From Candidatus Latescibacterota bacterium (GTDB lineage Bacteria > Latescibacterota > UBA2968 > UBA8231), in contig CBDETK010000013.1 of the NCBI GenBank assembly GCA_965242865.1, positions 1,024,001 through 1,088,000 on the forward strand: a stretch of 64,000 nucleotides of DNA. The letters are read 5' to 3'. Below, piece by piece: positions 27,604 to 38,891 of the stretch (positions are counted from its first letter, which is position 1; each line of letters starts with the position of its first letter). The notes below the pieces were generated by a model. That model was not told where the DNA came from and made no database searches. It saw only the letters and a list, made by a program, of their open reading frames with translations. Made by a program: the position numbers and the translations under genes.

Positions 27604-28452
27604 ATGCACAATCTGCACGACGAGGAAAACACGCTGCGACTCTATTTCGACGACATTGCTGAGTCCACGCCCCTTTCGAGAGAGCGCGAAGTGGAACTGG
27701 CCGATCGCATCAAGAACGGCGATATGCATGCCCGCGAAGAAATGATCAGCGCCAATTTGCGGTTTGTCGTCGATGTGGCCAAGAAATACCAAAACCGCGG
27801 GTTGTCCCTTTCCGACCTGATTAGCGCCGGCAATCTCGGCCTCATCACGGCGGCCGACCGCTTCGACGGCACCAAGGGCTACAAGTTCATTTCTTATGCG
27901 GTTTGGTGGATTCGCCAGTCCATTCTCCAAACCCTCGCCGAGCACGTGCGCACCGTGCGCCTTCCTCTCAACAAAGTCAGCTTACTCAAGGATATTTCCA
28001 AAGCCTCGCGCAAATTGGGCCAACATCGCGCCAGCGAGCCTGCCATAGAGGAAATCGCCGCTGAGCTCGAAGTCCCGGCCGAAGAGGTTCTAGAGACCAT
28101 CCTCAGCGCACGCGCCGTGTGTTCGCTCGACGAATCCTTTACCGACGACGACGAGCGCAGCCTGCTCAACACCTTGGCCGACAACACGGCCGCCGCCCCA
28201 GACGCCGATGTCTTGAGCGAATCGGCCCGGGAGCAACTCGAAACGGCATTGGAAACCCTCGAGGAGCGCGAATTGCGCATCATCAGGCTCTACTTTGGCC
28301 TCGACGGCAACGAGGCTCTGACTCTCGAGGAAATCGGCAACATGATGAATCTCACGCGCGAGCGCATCCGCCAGCTCAAAGAGCGAGCACTCAGCAAGCT
28401 GCGCCATCCTTCGCGGCACCAAGTGCTTAAAACGCTGGCCAGCGGCACCTGA
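27604..28452 (+). CDS. RNA polymerase sigma factor, RpoD/SigA family (no region 1.1)
   Basis: ANLRFVV, GYKFISYAVWWIRQ and TLEEIG...TRERIRQ motifs. Confidence 0.95.
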   Translation: MHNLHDEENTLRLYFDDIAESTPLSREREVELADRIKNGDMHAREEMISANLRFVVDVAKKYQNRGLSLSDLISAGNLGLITAADRFDGTKGYKFISYAVWWIRQSILQTLAEHVRTVRLPLNKVSLLKDISKASRKLGQHRASEPAIEEIAAELEVPAEEVLETILSARAVCSLDESFTDDDERSLLNTLADNTAAAPDADVLSESAREQLETALETLEERELRIIRLYFGLDGNEALTLEEIGNMMNLTRERIRQLKERALSKLRHPSRHQVLKTLASGT

Positions 28453-28464
28453 GCATGGGCCGAC

Positions 28465-28550
28465 GGGGGGATACCGAAGTGGTCAAACGGGGCAGACTGT
28501 AAATCTGTTGGCTTATGCCTTCGCAGGTTCAAATCCTGCTCCCCCCACCA
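28465..28550 (+). tRNA. tRNA-Tyr (GTA)
   Basis: GGGGGGA/TCCCCCC acceptor stem, anticodon GTA at 28499-28501, long variable arm, TTC loop and CCA. Confidence 0.97.
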
Positions 28551-28552
28551 CT

Positions 28553-28586
28553 AAAAAGGCCGTTTCCTTTGGGAAACGGCCTTTTC
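28553..28586. terminator. Bidirectional intrinsic terminator
   Basis: AAAAGGCCGTTTCC-TTTG-GGAAACGGCCTTTT between the convergent tRNA and hemW. Confidence 0.85.
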
Positions 28587-28595
28587 TTTTGCGTC

Positions 28596-29726
28596 CTATT
28601 GCCCCTCTTCCACGATCCGGTCCAACTCCAAACTCAGGGCGTCAGCCAGCAAAAACCCCGCCCGCGTCAAACGCAATCTACGGCCCTCGAGCGCAACGTA
28701 TCCCGCTTGCGCCAAATCGGCAAGGCGCGTACTGCCTTCTACGCGACCGACCTCTTCTGCGGTCAATTCAATCCCCTCGATGGTGCGCAACCCCAGCCAT
28801 AGACGTTCCCGACGGGCCGTGTCCGGGGCTATGGTCTCTTCCCCGGCCCGCGGCGACCGGCCTTGGTGCATTGCGTCGAGATAGGCATTGAGATCGCGGG
28901 TATTCCAAAATCGCTTCCCCGCGAGGAAGCTATGGCTCCCCAGCCCAACCCCTAAATAAGGAACGCCCGTCCAATAGCCCCAGTTGTGGCGCGAGCGGAA
29001 GCCAAGACGAGCGTAGTTTGAAATCTCGTAGTGTTCATAGCCAGCCTCTACTAACCGAGCGTCGGTCCATGCCAAGGTGCGAGCCTGCCGGTCGTCCGCA
29101 ACGGGTTTCAGCAGGCCCTGCCGTTGTCGTTGGGCAAAGACCGCGCCTTCTTCAATGGTGAGGCTATAGATAGAAAGGTGCTCTGGGGCCAAGGCGATAG
29201 CCCGCTCAACGCTAAAGTGCCAACTGGACTCTGAGACTCCGGGTACATTGGCCACCAAGTCCAAGCTCACATTGGCAAAACCGGACGCTCTAGCCGCTAT
29301 ATATGCCCTTTCGACATCGGCCGCACTATGCTGCCGGCCTAAAGACCGCAGAGCCGCAGCGCGAAAAGCCTGCGCGCCAATGCTGATGCGATTGCACCCC
29401 AACTCCTTGAGCATGGCAAATTTCTCGCGGTCCACAGTCCCGGGGTTGACTTCAACCGCAACTTCCGCGTCGGGATGAGTCCCCAAATGACGCTGAACCG
29501 CCTCCAGCATCTGCCCAATTAGCACCGCCTCAATTTGGCTGGGGGTGCCGCCGCCCAAGAACAGAGTATCCACCGGCCCGGACAAATGCGCCCAAGACTC
29601 AATCTCGCGGCAGATCGCCTCGGTATATGGGCCGTGCCGCTCCCCTTGACCAACGACCGTAGCAAAGGCGCAGTACGGACACCGTTGGGGGCAAAACGGC
29701 ACGTGGATATAGAGACCCAACGCCAT
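28596..29726 (-). CDS. hemW: Radical SAM heme chaperone HemW
   Basis: LYIHVPFCPQRCPYCAF, GGGTPS, HYEISNY and HNWGYW motifs; downstream of lepA. Confidence 0.92.
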   Translation of the reverse strand: MALGLYIHVPFCPQRCPYCAFATVVGQGERHGPYTEAICREIESWAHLSGPVDTLFLGGGTPSQIEAVLIGQMLEAVQRHLGTHPDAEVAVEVNPGTVDREKFAMLKELGCNRISIGAQAFRAAALRSLGRQHSAADVERAYIAARASGFANVSLDLVANVPGVSESSWHFSVERAIALAPEHLSIYSLTIEEGAVFAQRQRQGLLKPVADDRQARTLAWTDARLVEAGYEHYEISNYARLGFRSRHNWGYWTGVPYLGVGLGSHSFLAGKRFWNTRDLNAYLDAMHQGRSPRAGEETIAPDTARRERLWLGLRTIEGIELTAEEVGRVEGSTRLADLAQAGYVALEGRRLRLTRAGFLLADALSLELDRIVEEGQ

Positions 29727-29785
29727 TATTATTTTGCGGGATTATTAGGGTGACAGGGACGGCCAGTACGCTTCTTGCTCGTCAA

Positions 29786-31582
29786 TCAGGCTTCCATCTT
29801 GAGGGCGGCCAAAAACGCTTCCTGGGGAATTTCCACCTTCCCAAACTGCTTCATGCGTTTTTTGCCTTCCTTCTGCCTTTCAAGCAATTTGCGTTTGCGG
29901 GTCACATCGCCGCCATAGCACTTGGCCGTCACATTTTTGCGGAATGGCTTGACGACCTCGCGGGCGATCACCTTGCTCCCCACGGCCCCTTGGATGACCA
30001 CCTCAAACATCTGCCGTGGAATCAGCTCTTTGAGCTTAGTGCACAGCTGCCGGCCCCACTCATAGGCTTTGTCGCGATGGATGATCACGGAGAGCGCGTC
30101 CAGCGGCTCGCCATTGATCATTATGTCGAGCCGAGACAGGAGGCCAGCCCGCATCGCCAGATGCTCGTAATCGAACGACGCATAGCCCCGCGACACCGAC
30201 TTGAGGCGATCGTAGAAGTCGATCACTACTTCGGCCAAAGGCATCTCAAAGCTCAAGATAGCGCGGCTGCCATCGAGATACTCGGTATTGCGGTAGGCCC
30301 CGCGCCGGTCCGTGCAAATTTTCATCACTGCGCCGATATAATCCCTCGGCACTAAAATCTGGACGGCAAGAATCGGCTCGCGCACCTCGTCGATCTCAGC
30401 GGCCGGTGGCAACAAGGAGGGGTTGTCCACATCGATTAGTTGCCCGTCCTTGGTCAAAATCTCGTAGAGCACATTGGGGAGGGTCGTGATGATTTCGACC
30501 TGGTACTCGCGGTCGAGGCGCTCCTGTACGATCTCCATGTGCAGCAGCCCTAGGAAGCCGCAGCGAAAACCAAATCCCAACGCTGGAGAGGTTTCCGGCT
30601 CGTAAGAGAACGCAGCGTCGTTGAGCTTGAGCCGCTCTAAGGCGTCGCGCAGCACCTCGTATTCCTCTGGGATTACCGGATACAGTCCGCTAAAAACCAT
30701 CGGTTTGAGCGGTTGATAGCCGGGCAACGGCTCTACTTCCACCGCTGCATCGACGACCGTGTCGCCGACGTGGGCCTCGGCCAGATCCTTGATTCCGGCG
30801 ATAAAATAGCCGACTTCCCCGGTCTCAAGTGCTTGGGCCGGCACGCGGTTTAAGACTAAGTGGCCGACTTCTTCGACTTCGTAGGTCCGTCCGGTCGAGT
30901 AGAAGCGAATTTTCTGCCCCTTGTGGATGCACCCATCAACGACTCGTATAAAGCAAATTACGCCTCGGTACTGGTCGTAGAGCGAGTCAAAAACCAGCAC
31001 CCGCAACGGCCCCTGCTGACGCCCCGTCGGCGGGGGGATGCGATCGACAATCGCTTCCATCACCTCCTCAACCCCAATCCCCTCTTTGGCACTGATTTGC
31101 AAAATATCTTCGGCGTCCCCTCCCAACAGATCGAGCACCTGCTGCTGCACCGCTGCGACCTGAGCAGCGGGCATGTCGATTTTATTGAGCACGGGGATGA
31201 CGACTAAGTCGCTGTTTAGTGCCAACAGCAAGTTGCTTACGGTCTGGGCTTCCACACCCTGTGTGGCATCAACGACCAGTATCGCCCCTTCGCAGGCGGC
31301 CAAACTACGCGATACCTCATAGGTAAAATCCACGTGTCCTGGCGTATCGATCAGATTGAATTGGCAGATTCTACCATCGGCGGCCTCATAGTGCATTCGC
31401 ACGGCATGGGCCTTGATTGTAATGCCCCGCTCGCGCTCTAAATCCATGTTGTCGAGTACCTGCTCCTGCATCTGCTTGGCGGTCAGGGTTGCGGTTTTCT
31501 CAAGCAGGCGGTCGGCTAGCGTTGATTTGCCGTGATCAATGTGGGCAATGATGGAAAAATTGCGAATCTGCACGATACTCAT
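29786..31582 (-). CDS. lepA: Elongation factor 4
   Basis: [20 protein letters not shown]...[14 protein letters not shown]. Confidence 0.98.
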   Translation of the reverse strand: MSIVQIRNFSIIAHIDHGKSTLADRLLEKTATLTAKQMQEQVLDNMDLERERGITIKAHAVRMHYEAADGRICQFNLIDTPGHVDFTYEVSRSLAACEGAILVVDATQGVEAQTVSNLLLALNSDLVVIPVLNKIDMPAAQVAAVQQQVLDLLGGDAEDILQISAKEGIGVEEVMEAIVDRIPPPTGRQQGPLRVLVFDSLYDQYRGVICFIRVVDGCIHKGQKIRFYSTGRTYEVEEVGHLVLNRVPAQALETGEVGYFIAGIKDLAEAHVGDTVVDAAVEVEPLPGYQPLKPMVFSGLYPVIPEEYEVLRDALERLKLNDAAFSYEPETSPALGFGFRCGFLGLLHMEIVQERLDREYQVEIITTLPNVLYEILTKDGQLIDVDNPSLLPPAAEIDEVREPILAVQILVPRDYIGAVMKICTDRRGAYRNTEYLDGSRAILSFEMPLAEVVIDFYDRLKSVSRGYASFDYEHLAMRAGLLSRLDIMINGEPLDALSVIIHRDKAYEWGRQLCTKLKELIPRQMFEVVIQGAVGSKVIAREVVKPFRKNVTAKCYGGDVTRKRKLLERQKEGKKRMKQFGKVEIPQEAFLAALKMEA

Positions 31583-31625
31583 ACAGTTGGTCAGTTGGTT
31601 GATAAAATTAGCACCAAGGACTCGG

Positions 31626-32303
31626 CTAGCAGTTAGGACTGCGCTGGCGATATAGGCTCTCATCCACCACGTTAGCCATTTGCCGCACATCTAAGGAAAG
31701 GGCGAGAAAGGTCTTAATCTCGTGGCTTATGGCAAGTGGGTCGCGCAAGACAGCGGCGTAGTTGACGTAGAGCACCTCCATTTGCGGGTGCTCCGCCAAC
31801 CACTGTTGCACTGAACGCAAGTGCCGACCAAAGGCGGCGGCGATCTCTACGTCGGCATCCCGATCGCAGGGCTGGCCTCGCCGTTCTAACATCGCCCGCT
31901 GCGAAGCCAAAATCTCGTCCATTTTTCGGAGAGCAAATACGATTTTGTACGGCTCGTGGAGCGGCAATTGGTCGAGCAATTGGGATATGATCTTGACGGC
32001 TTTACCCCTCGCCGATTCGAGCCATGCAGGGTCTTTTTTGAGCTGCTTGACCTTCTCAAATTCGTAATATCCCCCTGGATTGTCGGCGTCGGCCGCGCGA
32101 ATGCCGTCTGTTAGGGGTGGCAATCCGCCCGCAGCCAACATCTTCATCAGCATTGAGGTTCCAGAACGGGGGAGACCAGACACAATGGTTATGTACTCGT
32201 CCGGCCTAGGTGAAAGGAAAGCAGGATAGGAATGCAAAGCAGAGAAAACTGACACACGCTCCCAAAGCCTAGCTTCGGAAGCGTGTGTCGTCTTGTGCTG
32301 CAT
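31626..32303 (-). CDS. Sulfotransferase family protein
   Basis: PAPS-binding motif [14 protein letters not shown] and DNPGGYYE; start uncertain. Confidence 0.85.
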   Translation of the reverse strand: MQHKTTHASEARLWERVSVFSALHSYPAFLSPRPDEYITIVSGLPRSGTSMLMKMLAAGGLPPLTDGIRAADADNPGGYYEFEKVKQLKKDPAWLESARGKAVKIISQLLDQLPLHEPYKIVFALRKMDEILASQRAMLERRGQPCDRDADVEIAAAFGRHLRSVQQWLAEHPQMEVLYVNYAAVLRDPLAISHEIKTFLALSLDVRQMANVVDESLYRQRSPNC

Positions 32304-32315
32304 GTATGAACGAAC

Positions 32316-35300
32316 TTAAAAGACTAGACGCCCACGCAACAGGAGGCCATGCTCGGCAGCACCGGCCACGCGCTGCCAGCGCGTACTCTCAAGGCTCACC
32401 GACATCGACGAATCCACCTCAAAGCGCGTACCTAGGCGCAATTGCATTCGCTCTGGTGCTTGGGTCATGCCGCTGTACACAGTGTACAATCCGCGACCAC
32501 CGGGCGCAGCTAGACCATAGCCGACCTCGGCTCGGAGCTGGCCTTGCGTGTTCACAGTACCCCGCTCCGTCAACTCGGCTACGCTGCGCTCCCACAGCGT
32601 CAGGCTATTGGCCTGCGTGCCGTAGGTCGGCATCAGCCGCATCGACAGCCCTCGGCCATCAGTGCCTGATGCGCGTTGGATTAGCAGATGCGCCCCCCAC
32701 TCGTTGTAGTCCCCTGGAGGAGCAACCAGACTCCGCGCCATAGCTTCGAGTGTGAAGCCGCTTCCCTCAAAACGCAGGCCACCGCCAACTTCCACGCCGG
32801 CCCCAGTCTCTCCATCGCCGCCATCTTGGCGCAGAGCGACCTCTAGCTGGGGTGTCACCTGCCCATCCATGCCCATCTCGTACGCATGCGAGCCTTTAAG
32901 CGCCAGCCTCAAGCGGTTGGCATTCACTGTCTGCTCGGCAATCCGGCCATCGCCCTTGACGTCGACTTGTGCGACTGTAGCCGCGCCTTTGACCCGCAAC
33001 CGAGTCGGCCCGCTGTCGAGCAAATCACCGCTAGCCCCTACACTTGCGGTCCTCAGCGCCGTGTCGCTCGACTGCTGGCCTATGGTCCCTTGCTCGTCGT
33101 CAATCTCGAGGTCGCCTCGTCCCAAGCCCGCTGTCAACCATACCCCCAACCGCCCGGGCGAGAACCCGATGTAAGGATGTAGGCTCAACATGCGGGTCGT
33201 ATAAGTACCATCGACTCGCTCTTCACCGAGCAAGGGAGCGGTATAATCAAACGATCCTTGCGCCCACGATAGAGCCAAGCCGGTTAGCATCTCGGCACCA
33301 GGCCGGGCGTCCAAACCAATCTGAGCACGGGTTAGATTGCCGTCCCAATCCAGCGAACCGTCGTCGCTAGATAATTTGCCGTAGTCTCCTCGGCCCCAAA
33401 ATGCAGGGCTACCGGGACAGACAATGCAGCCTCTACCGAAACCAAACGGCACTGCAAAGGACGAGCCATTCATAACCTGTGATAGACTGACCGGGCTGTT
33501 TTCAAAGATCCGGCCGGATTGAATCATGTCGTGGAGGGTGGACTCGGCGGCAAAGCGAAAAGAACCGCTCCCATCGCCAACTCTACCTATCTGCTCAAGG
33601 CGATTTTCGATGGCGCGATTCGTTCCATCGGCAATGGCCAATGCGTACTTGGACAGGATCTGGTCGTTGAGCTCGGCAAAACGGTCCGTAGCCGATTCTT
33701 CCACTCGGACCTCGAAGCTGAGGATGGCTGCGTCCTCAGCGGTCGTATTGTCGTCGGCGTCGTGGGCCGTATAAGTCAACGTGTACGTTCCGACTTCCGT
33801 CGGTGTGCCCGAAAGCATCGGCGACATGGGGTTGGGGTCAAACGTCAGACCCGGCGGCACATTATCTAGGGTATAGGTCAACTCGCCGGACTCGCCGTTG
33901 CCGTCTGGACTTAGCGAGAGCAAGTTGCCGCCTGAAGCCAAGGGCAACACCAAGCCTTCAATCGCCTCGCCTTCTATGTACGTCTGGTTGGCCACGGTCC
34001 CGCTAAAGCTGGGCGCGCCATCTATCGTTAGGTGAAAGGTCAATTCAGCCGAATCGCCATCCACATCCGCCACCCGGTAAACCAAGCGGTACACCCCTGT
34101 GTCCGTCGGCGTACCCGAAAGCGTCCGCGACGCAGCGTCGAAGCTCAGACCCGGCACGTTTAGAGCTAAACTATATGTCAACTCGCCGTTGCCGCCCAAA
34201 GCCGCCGGCAATTCCCACGGATCCATCGCCTCATTTTGACGCAAGATTCGATCCTCGATGGTCGTATCAAAGGCCGGTGTACCGTCAACTTTCAGGGAGA
34301 AGGTCACCTCGACCGAATCGCCGTCGCTATCCTCCGCCCGGTAGGTCAACTCATAGGTCTCGGCTTTGGTCGGCGTACCCGAAAGCGTCCGCGACGAGGC
34401 ATCAAATGTCAGCCCCGGCACCTCCGGCGACAGGCTATACGTCAACTCGCCGTTGCCGCCCAAAGCCGCCGGCAACTCCAACGGGGCCATCTCCTCCCCT
34501 TCGGCAATGGTCTGATTCGTAATAGTCCCCGCAAAGCTGGGCATACCGTTCACCGCAATGGTAAAGCTCAACTCCGCTGAATCGCTATCGACATCCGCCA
34601 CCCGATATGTCAACGCATAGCCCTCGGCAGAATACAACACATTAGGCGGCGGCGTACCCGCAATCGTCTGAGCCGTGGGATCAAACACCAAGCCCGGAGG
34701 TAATTCCCCTGCCAAGCTATACGTCAACGCCACATTCCCACCCAAAGCCGCCGGCAGAGCTAAACTCACCTCGTCGCCAGCCGTGTACATCTGATCCTCC
34801 ACGACCTGAGCATCGAAGCTGGGCATACCTTTCACCGCAATGGTGAAGCTCAACTCCGTCGAATCGCCATCCACATCCACCACCCGATACGTCAACACAC
34901 ATCCTTCGACATACAACGCATCCTTCGGCAGCGTACCCGCAATCGTCTGAGCCGTGGGATCAAACGCCAAGCCCGGAGGTAATTCCCCTGCCAAGCTATA
35001 CGTCAACGCCACATTCCCACCCGAAGCCATCGGCAGGGCTAAGCTGACCTCGTCTCCAGCCGTGTACATCTGGTCTTCTACGACCTGAGCACCGAAGCTG
35101 GGCATGCCAGCCACCACAATGGTAAAACTCAACTCGGCTGAATCGCCATCCACATCCGCCACTCCATACGTCAACCCATACCCCTCGGCATACAAAAGAT
35201 CCGCCGACAGATCGCCCGAAAGCGTCCGAGACGAGGCATCAAACGCCAGCCCCGGAGGCAACTCCCCCGTCAAACTATACGTCAACGACCCGTTACCGCC

Positions 35301-38300
35301 CGAAGCCGAGGGCAGCACCCAATCCCCTATCGACGACCCGGCAGCGAAGGTAATTTGATCCGCCACAGTTTCGTCGAAGCTGGGCATGCCAGCGACTGCA
35401 ATGGTAAAGCTCAACTCGGCCGAATCGCCATCCACATCCGCCACCCCATACGTCAACCCATACCCCTCGGCATACAACGCATCCAACGGCAGCGCACCCG
35501 AAAGCATCTGAGACGAGGCATCAAACGTCAGACCCGGAGGTAACTCCCCTGCCAAGCTATACGTCAACGCCACATTCCCACCCGAAGCCACCGGCAGAGC
35601 TAAACTCACCTCGTCGCCAGCCGTGTACATCTGATCGTCCACGACTTGGTCGCCGAAGCTGGGCATGCCAGCGACCACAATGGTGAAGCTCAACTCGGCT
35701 GAATCGCCATCCACATCCGCCACCCCATACATCAAATCATACCCCTCGGCATACAAAAGATCCGACGGCAGCGCACCCGAAAGCATCTGAGCCGTGGGAT
35801 CAAACGTCAGACCCGCAGGCAACTCACCCGTCAAACTATACGCCAACGACCCGTTACCGCCGGCCGCCATCGGCAGGGCTAAACTCACCTCGTCGCCAGC
35901 CGTGTACATCTGATCCTCCACGACCTGAGCACCGAAGCTGGGCATGCCAGCGACCACAATGGTGAAGCTCAACTCGGCTGAATCGCCATCCACATCCGCC
36001 ACTCCATACGTCAACCCATACCCCTCGGCATACAAAAGATCCGCCGACAGATCGCCCGAAAGCGTCCGAGACGAGGCATCAAACGCCAGCCCCGGAGGCA
36101 ACTCCCCCGTCAAACTATACGTCAACGACCCGTTACCGCCCGAAGCCGAGGGCAGCACCCAATCCCCTATCGACGACCCGGCAGCGAAGGTAATTTGATC
36201 CGCCACAGTTTCGTCGAAGCTGGGCATGCCAGCGACTGCAATGGTAAAGCTCAACTCGGCCGAATCGCCATCCACATCCGCCACCCCATACGTCAACCCA
36301 TACCCCTCGGCATACAACGCATCCAACGGCAGCGCACCCGAAAGCATCTGAGACGAGGCATCAAACGTCAGACCCGGAGGTAACTCCCCTGCCAAGCTAT
36401 ACGTCAACGCCACATTCCCACCCGAAGCCGCCGGCAGAGCTAAGCTGACCTCGTCGCCAGCCATGTACATCTGATCGTCCACGACTTGAGCACCGAAGCT
36501 GGGCATGCCGTTCACCGCAATGGTGAAGCTCAACTCGGCTGAATCGCCATCCACATCCGCCACCCGATACGTCAACGCATACCCCTCGGCAGCATACAAC
36601 ACATCCGTCGGCAGACCGCCCGAAAGCGTCTGAGACTCCGCATCAAACGCCAGACCCGGAGGCAATGCCCCCGCCAAGCTATACGACAACGCCACATTCC
36701 CACCCAAAGCCGCCGGCAGAGCTAAGTCCACTCCATCACCCGCGGTGTACATCTGGTCTTCTACGACTTGATCGCCGAAGCTAGGCATACCATTCACTAC
36801 TATCGTGAAGTCCAAAGTAGCTTCATCCCCGTCCGCATCGTTCACCATCAACGTCAATGAATATTCGGCTTGGTATAACCTATAAAGTGACGGCGTACCC
36901 GATAGTGTTCGAGTCGCGGCATCAAACTTTAGAAAACTCAGCTCCGACATCTGGTTACCGCGCAAGCTATACGTCAACTCGACATTGCCGCCATCCGCAT
37001 CCGGCAAAGTCAAGCTCATCTCCGCGCCTGCCGGATACGATGGCTTAGCGTCCACGGTCTTGTCGTCGCCGAAGCTGGGCATGCCATCCACCACTATCGT
37101 GAAGGGTAACTCAGCCGAATCGCCATCACCATCCCACACCTCCAACGTCAACTCATATTTATCGTCGTACACCACATCAGCAGGCGGCGTACCCGAAATC
37201 GTCCGCTTAGCGGGATCGTCATCAAACTCCAGACCCGGCGGCAGTTCCCCTTTCAGGCGATACTCCCATATCACATTCCCACCTGTCGGCTCCGGCAAAG
37301 TCAAGCTCATTGCCACGTCCGTCTGATACGGATCCTGCAGTCCATCCACGGTCTTGCCATCGAAGCTGGGCATGCCATCCACCACTATCGCAAAGCTCAA
37401 CACCGCATCATCGCCATCGGAATCCACCACCCGATAGGTGAACGCATATGACTCAGCATACACCACATCAGCAGGCGGCGTACCCGAAATCGTCCGAGAC
37501 CCAGCATCAAATACCAGACCCTCAGGCAACTCCCCGTCCAAGCTATACGTCAACGCTACATTCCCACCGACCGCCGCCGGCAGATCCAATTTTATCTCAT
37601 TGCCCGCTGTATATAGCTGGTCTTCCACAACCTGATCGCCGAAGCTGGGCATAGCAACCACCACAATCGTGAAGGTCAACTCAGCCGAATCGCCATCGGA
37701 ATCCACCACCCGATAGGTAAACGCATATGACTCAGCATACACCACATCAGCAGGCGGCGTACCCGAAATCGTCCGAGACCCAGCATCAAACACCAGACCC
37801 TCAGGCAACTCCCCATCCAAGCTATACGTCAGAGCGTCGATAGACCGACCCTCAGGCAACTCCCAAGGCTGTTTTATCTCTTCGCCTGCAGTAAAGGTTG
37901 TTTGACGCGCAGCGACCGCCGCAAAGGTAAGCTCCACCGAGATCGTAAAAGTCAATTCCTCCGCGTCGCTCTCCTCCATATTGGTATCGGAATCTTCTAC
38001 CCGGTAGGTCATTTCATACGTCCCAGCTACGGTCGGCGTACCCGAAAGCGTCCGCGACCCAGCATCAAACGTCAGCCCTGGCACTTCCGGTGACAAGCTA
38101 TATCTCGGAGGTGCCTCATGCTCGCCCACCAAAGCCTGAGGTAACTCCAGAACTCCTATCTCCTCGCCTGTCCGGTACGACTGAGCAGCAACCGTTGCCC
38201 CCTCAAAGCTCGGCATCGTATCGACTTCTATCTCGAATGTCAACGTGGCCGTATCGCCATCGGCATCCGTCGCCTCGTAAGTCATCAGGGAAATAGCCAC

Positions 38301-38891
38301 TTCCGAAGGCGTACCTGAAAGCGTCCGCGACGCCGCGTCAAACGTCAGACCCGGCGGCACAGGCCTTAAATTATATGTCAAATCGCCGTTACCACTTGAA
38401 GCCGCAGGCAACGCCAGAGCCTCTATTGCTACCCCGGCCGAGAACATCTGATCGGCAACCGTCGTACCGTCAAAGCTCGGAGCTACATCCTCCTCCTCTA
38501 CTGAAACATTGAATGTCAACATGACCGTAGCACCGTCGGCATCCGTCACTTCGTAGGTCATCAAGTAAAAGACCTTTTCCGGGAAGACGACAACATCCGA
38601 AGGCGTACCCAAAAGCGTCCGAGACCCGGCATCAAATGTCAAACCCGGCACCTCTGGCGACAGGCTATACGTAAGCTCGCCATTGCCTCCCGAAGCCGCA
38701 GGTAACTCCAGAGCCTCTATCGCCACCCCAGCCTCGTACACCTGATTGGCAACCGTCGCACCGTCAAAGCTCGGCGTATCCTGGGCCTCAGCCACCGGGA
38801 CCAACACCAAGGTGGCCGCCAGAAAGAAGATACTCAGGCAGAACAGCGATCTATTCCAAACAAGTCTGTTACTAACTGCACACCCGCTCAT
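32316..38891 (-). CDS. Giant autotransporter adhesin with tandem putative-Ig (He_PIG-like) repeats
   Basis: Signal peptide; about 18 repeats of ~93 aa (PSF...LPxAxGGN..LTYSL...PPGLxFD...TLSGTP...DxDGD); C-terminal beta-barrel ending in F. Confidence 0.93.
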   Translation of the reverse strand: MSGCAVSNRLVWNRSLFCLSIFFLAATLVLVPVAEAQDTPSFDGATVANQVYEAGVAIEALELPAASGGNGELTYSLSPEVPGLTFDAGSRTLLGTPSDVVVFPEKVFYLMTYEVTDADGATVMLTFNVSVEEEDVAPSFDGTTVADQMFSAGVAIEALALPAASSGNGDLTYNLRPVPPGLTFDAASRTLSGTPSEVAISLMTYEATDADGDTATLTFEIEVDTMPSFEGATVAAQSYRTGEEIGVLELPQALVGEHEAPPRYSLSPEVPGLTFDAGSRTLSGTPTVAGTYEMTYRVEDSDTNMEESDAEELTFTISVELTFAAVAARQTTFTAGEEIKQPWELPEGRSIDALTYSLDGELPEGLVFDAGSRTISGTPPADVVYAESYAFTYRVVDSDGDSAELTFTIVVVAMPSFGDQVVEDQLYTAGNEIKLDLPAAVGGNVALTYSLDGELPEGLVFDAGSRTISGTPPADVVYAESYAFTYRVVDSDGDDAVLSFAIVVDGMPSFDGKTVDGLQDPYQTDVAMSLTLPEPTGGNVIWEYRLKGELPPGLEFDDDPAKRTISGTPPADVVYDDKYELTLEVWDGDGDSAELPFTIVVDGMPSFGDDKTVDAKPSYPAGAEMSLTLPDADGGNVELTYSLRGNQMSELSFLKFDAATRTLSGTPSLYRLYQAEYSLTLMVNDADGDEATLDFTIVVNGMPSFGDQVVEDQMYTAGDGVDLALPAALGGNVALSYSLAGALPPGLAFDAESQTLSGGLPTDVLYAAEGYALTYRVADVDGDSAELSFTIAVNGMPSFGAQVVDDQMYMAGDEVSLALPAASGGNVALTYSLAGELPPGLTFDASSQMLSGALPLDALYAEGYGLTYGVADVDGDSAELSFTIAVAGMPSFDETVADQITFAAGSSIGDWVLPSASGGNGSLTYSLTGELPPGLAFDASSRTLSGDLSADLLYAEGYGLTYGVADVDGDSAELSFTIVVAGMPSFGAQVVEDQMYTAGDEVSLALPMAAGGNGSLAYSLTGELPAGLTFDPTAQMLSGALPSDLLYAEGYDLMYGVADVDGDSAELSFTIVVAGMPSFGDQVVDDQMYTAGDEVSLALPVASGGNVALTYSLAGELPPGLTFDASSQMLSGALPLDALYAEGYGLTYGVADVDGDSAELSFTIAVAGMPSFDETVADQITFAAGSSIGDWVLPSASGGNGSLTYSLTGELPPGLAFDASSRTLSGDLSADLLYAEGYGLTYGVADVDGDSAELSFTIVVAGMPSFGAQVVEDQMYTAGDEVSLALPMASGGNVALTYSLAGELPPGLAFDPTAQTIAGTLPKDALYVEGCVLTYRVVDVDGDSTELSFTIAVKGMPSFDAQVVEDQMYTAGDEVSLALPAALGGNVALTYSLAGELPPGLVFDPTAQTIAGTPPPNVLYSAEGYALTYRVADVDSDSAELSFTIAVNGMPSFAGTITNQTIAEGEEMAPLELPAALGGNGELTYSLSPEVPGLTFDASSRTLSGTPTKAETYELTYRAEDSDGDSVEVTFSLKVDGTPAFDTTIEDRILRQNEAMDPWELPAALGGNGELTYSLALNVPGLSFDAASRTLSGTPTDTGVYRLVYRVADVDGDSAELTFHLTIDGAPSFSGTVANQTYIEGEAIEGLVLPLASGGNLLSLSPDGNGESGELTYTLDNVPPGLTFDPNPMSPMLSGTPTEVGTYTLTYTAHDADDNTTAEDAAILSFEVRVEESATDRFAELNDQILSKYALAIADGTNRAIENRLEQIGRVGDGSGSFRFAAESTLHDMIQSGRIFENSPVSLSQVMNGSSFAVPFGFGRGCIVCPGSPAFWGRGDYGKLSSDDGSLDWDGNLTRAQIGLDARPGAEMLTGLALSWAQGSFDYTAPLLGEERVDGTYTTRMLSLHPYIGFSPGRLGVWLTAGLGRGDLEIDDEQGTIGQQSSDTALRTASVGASGDLLDSGPTRLRVKGAATVAQVDVKGDGRIAEQTVNANRLRLALKGSHAYEMGMDGQVTPQLEVALRQDGGDGETGAGVEVGGGLRFEGSGFTLEAMARSLVAPPGDYNEWGAHLLIQRASGTDGRGLSMRLMPTYGTQANSLTLWERSVAELTERGTVNTQGQLRAEVGYGLAAPGGRGLYTVYSGMTQAPERMQLRLGTRFEVDSSMSVSLESTRWQRVAGAAEHGLLLRGRLVF
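35128..36429. repeat. Internal duplication with 840-bp period in the autotransporter
   Basis: About 35128-35589 is identical to about 35968-36429. Confidence 0.85.

Noticed and set aside
28465-28600. Integrated element at tRNA-Tyr or tRNA-fMet
   Set aside because: No integrase and no duplicated tRNA 3' end was noticed in the window.
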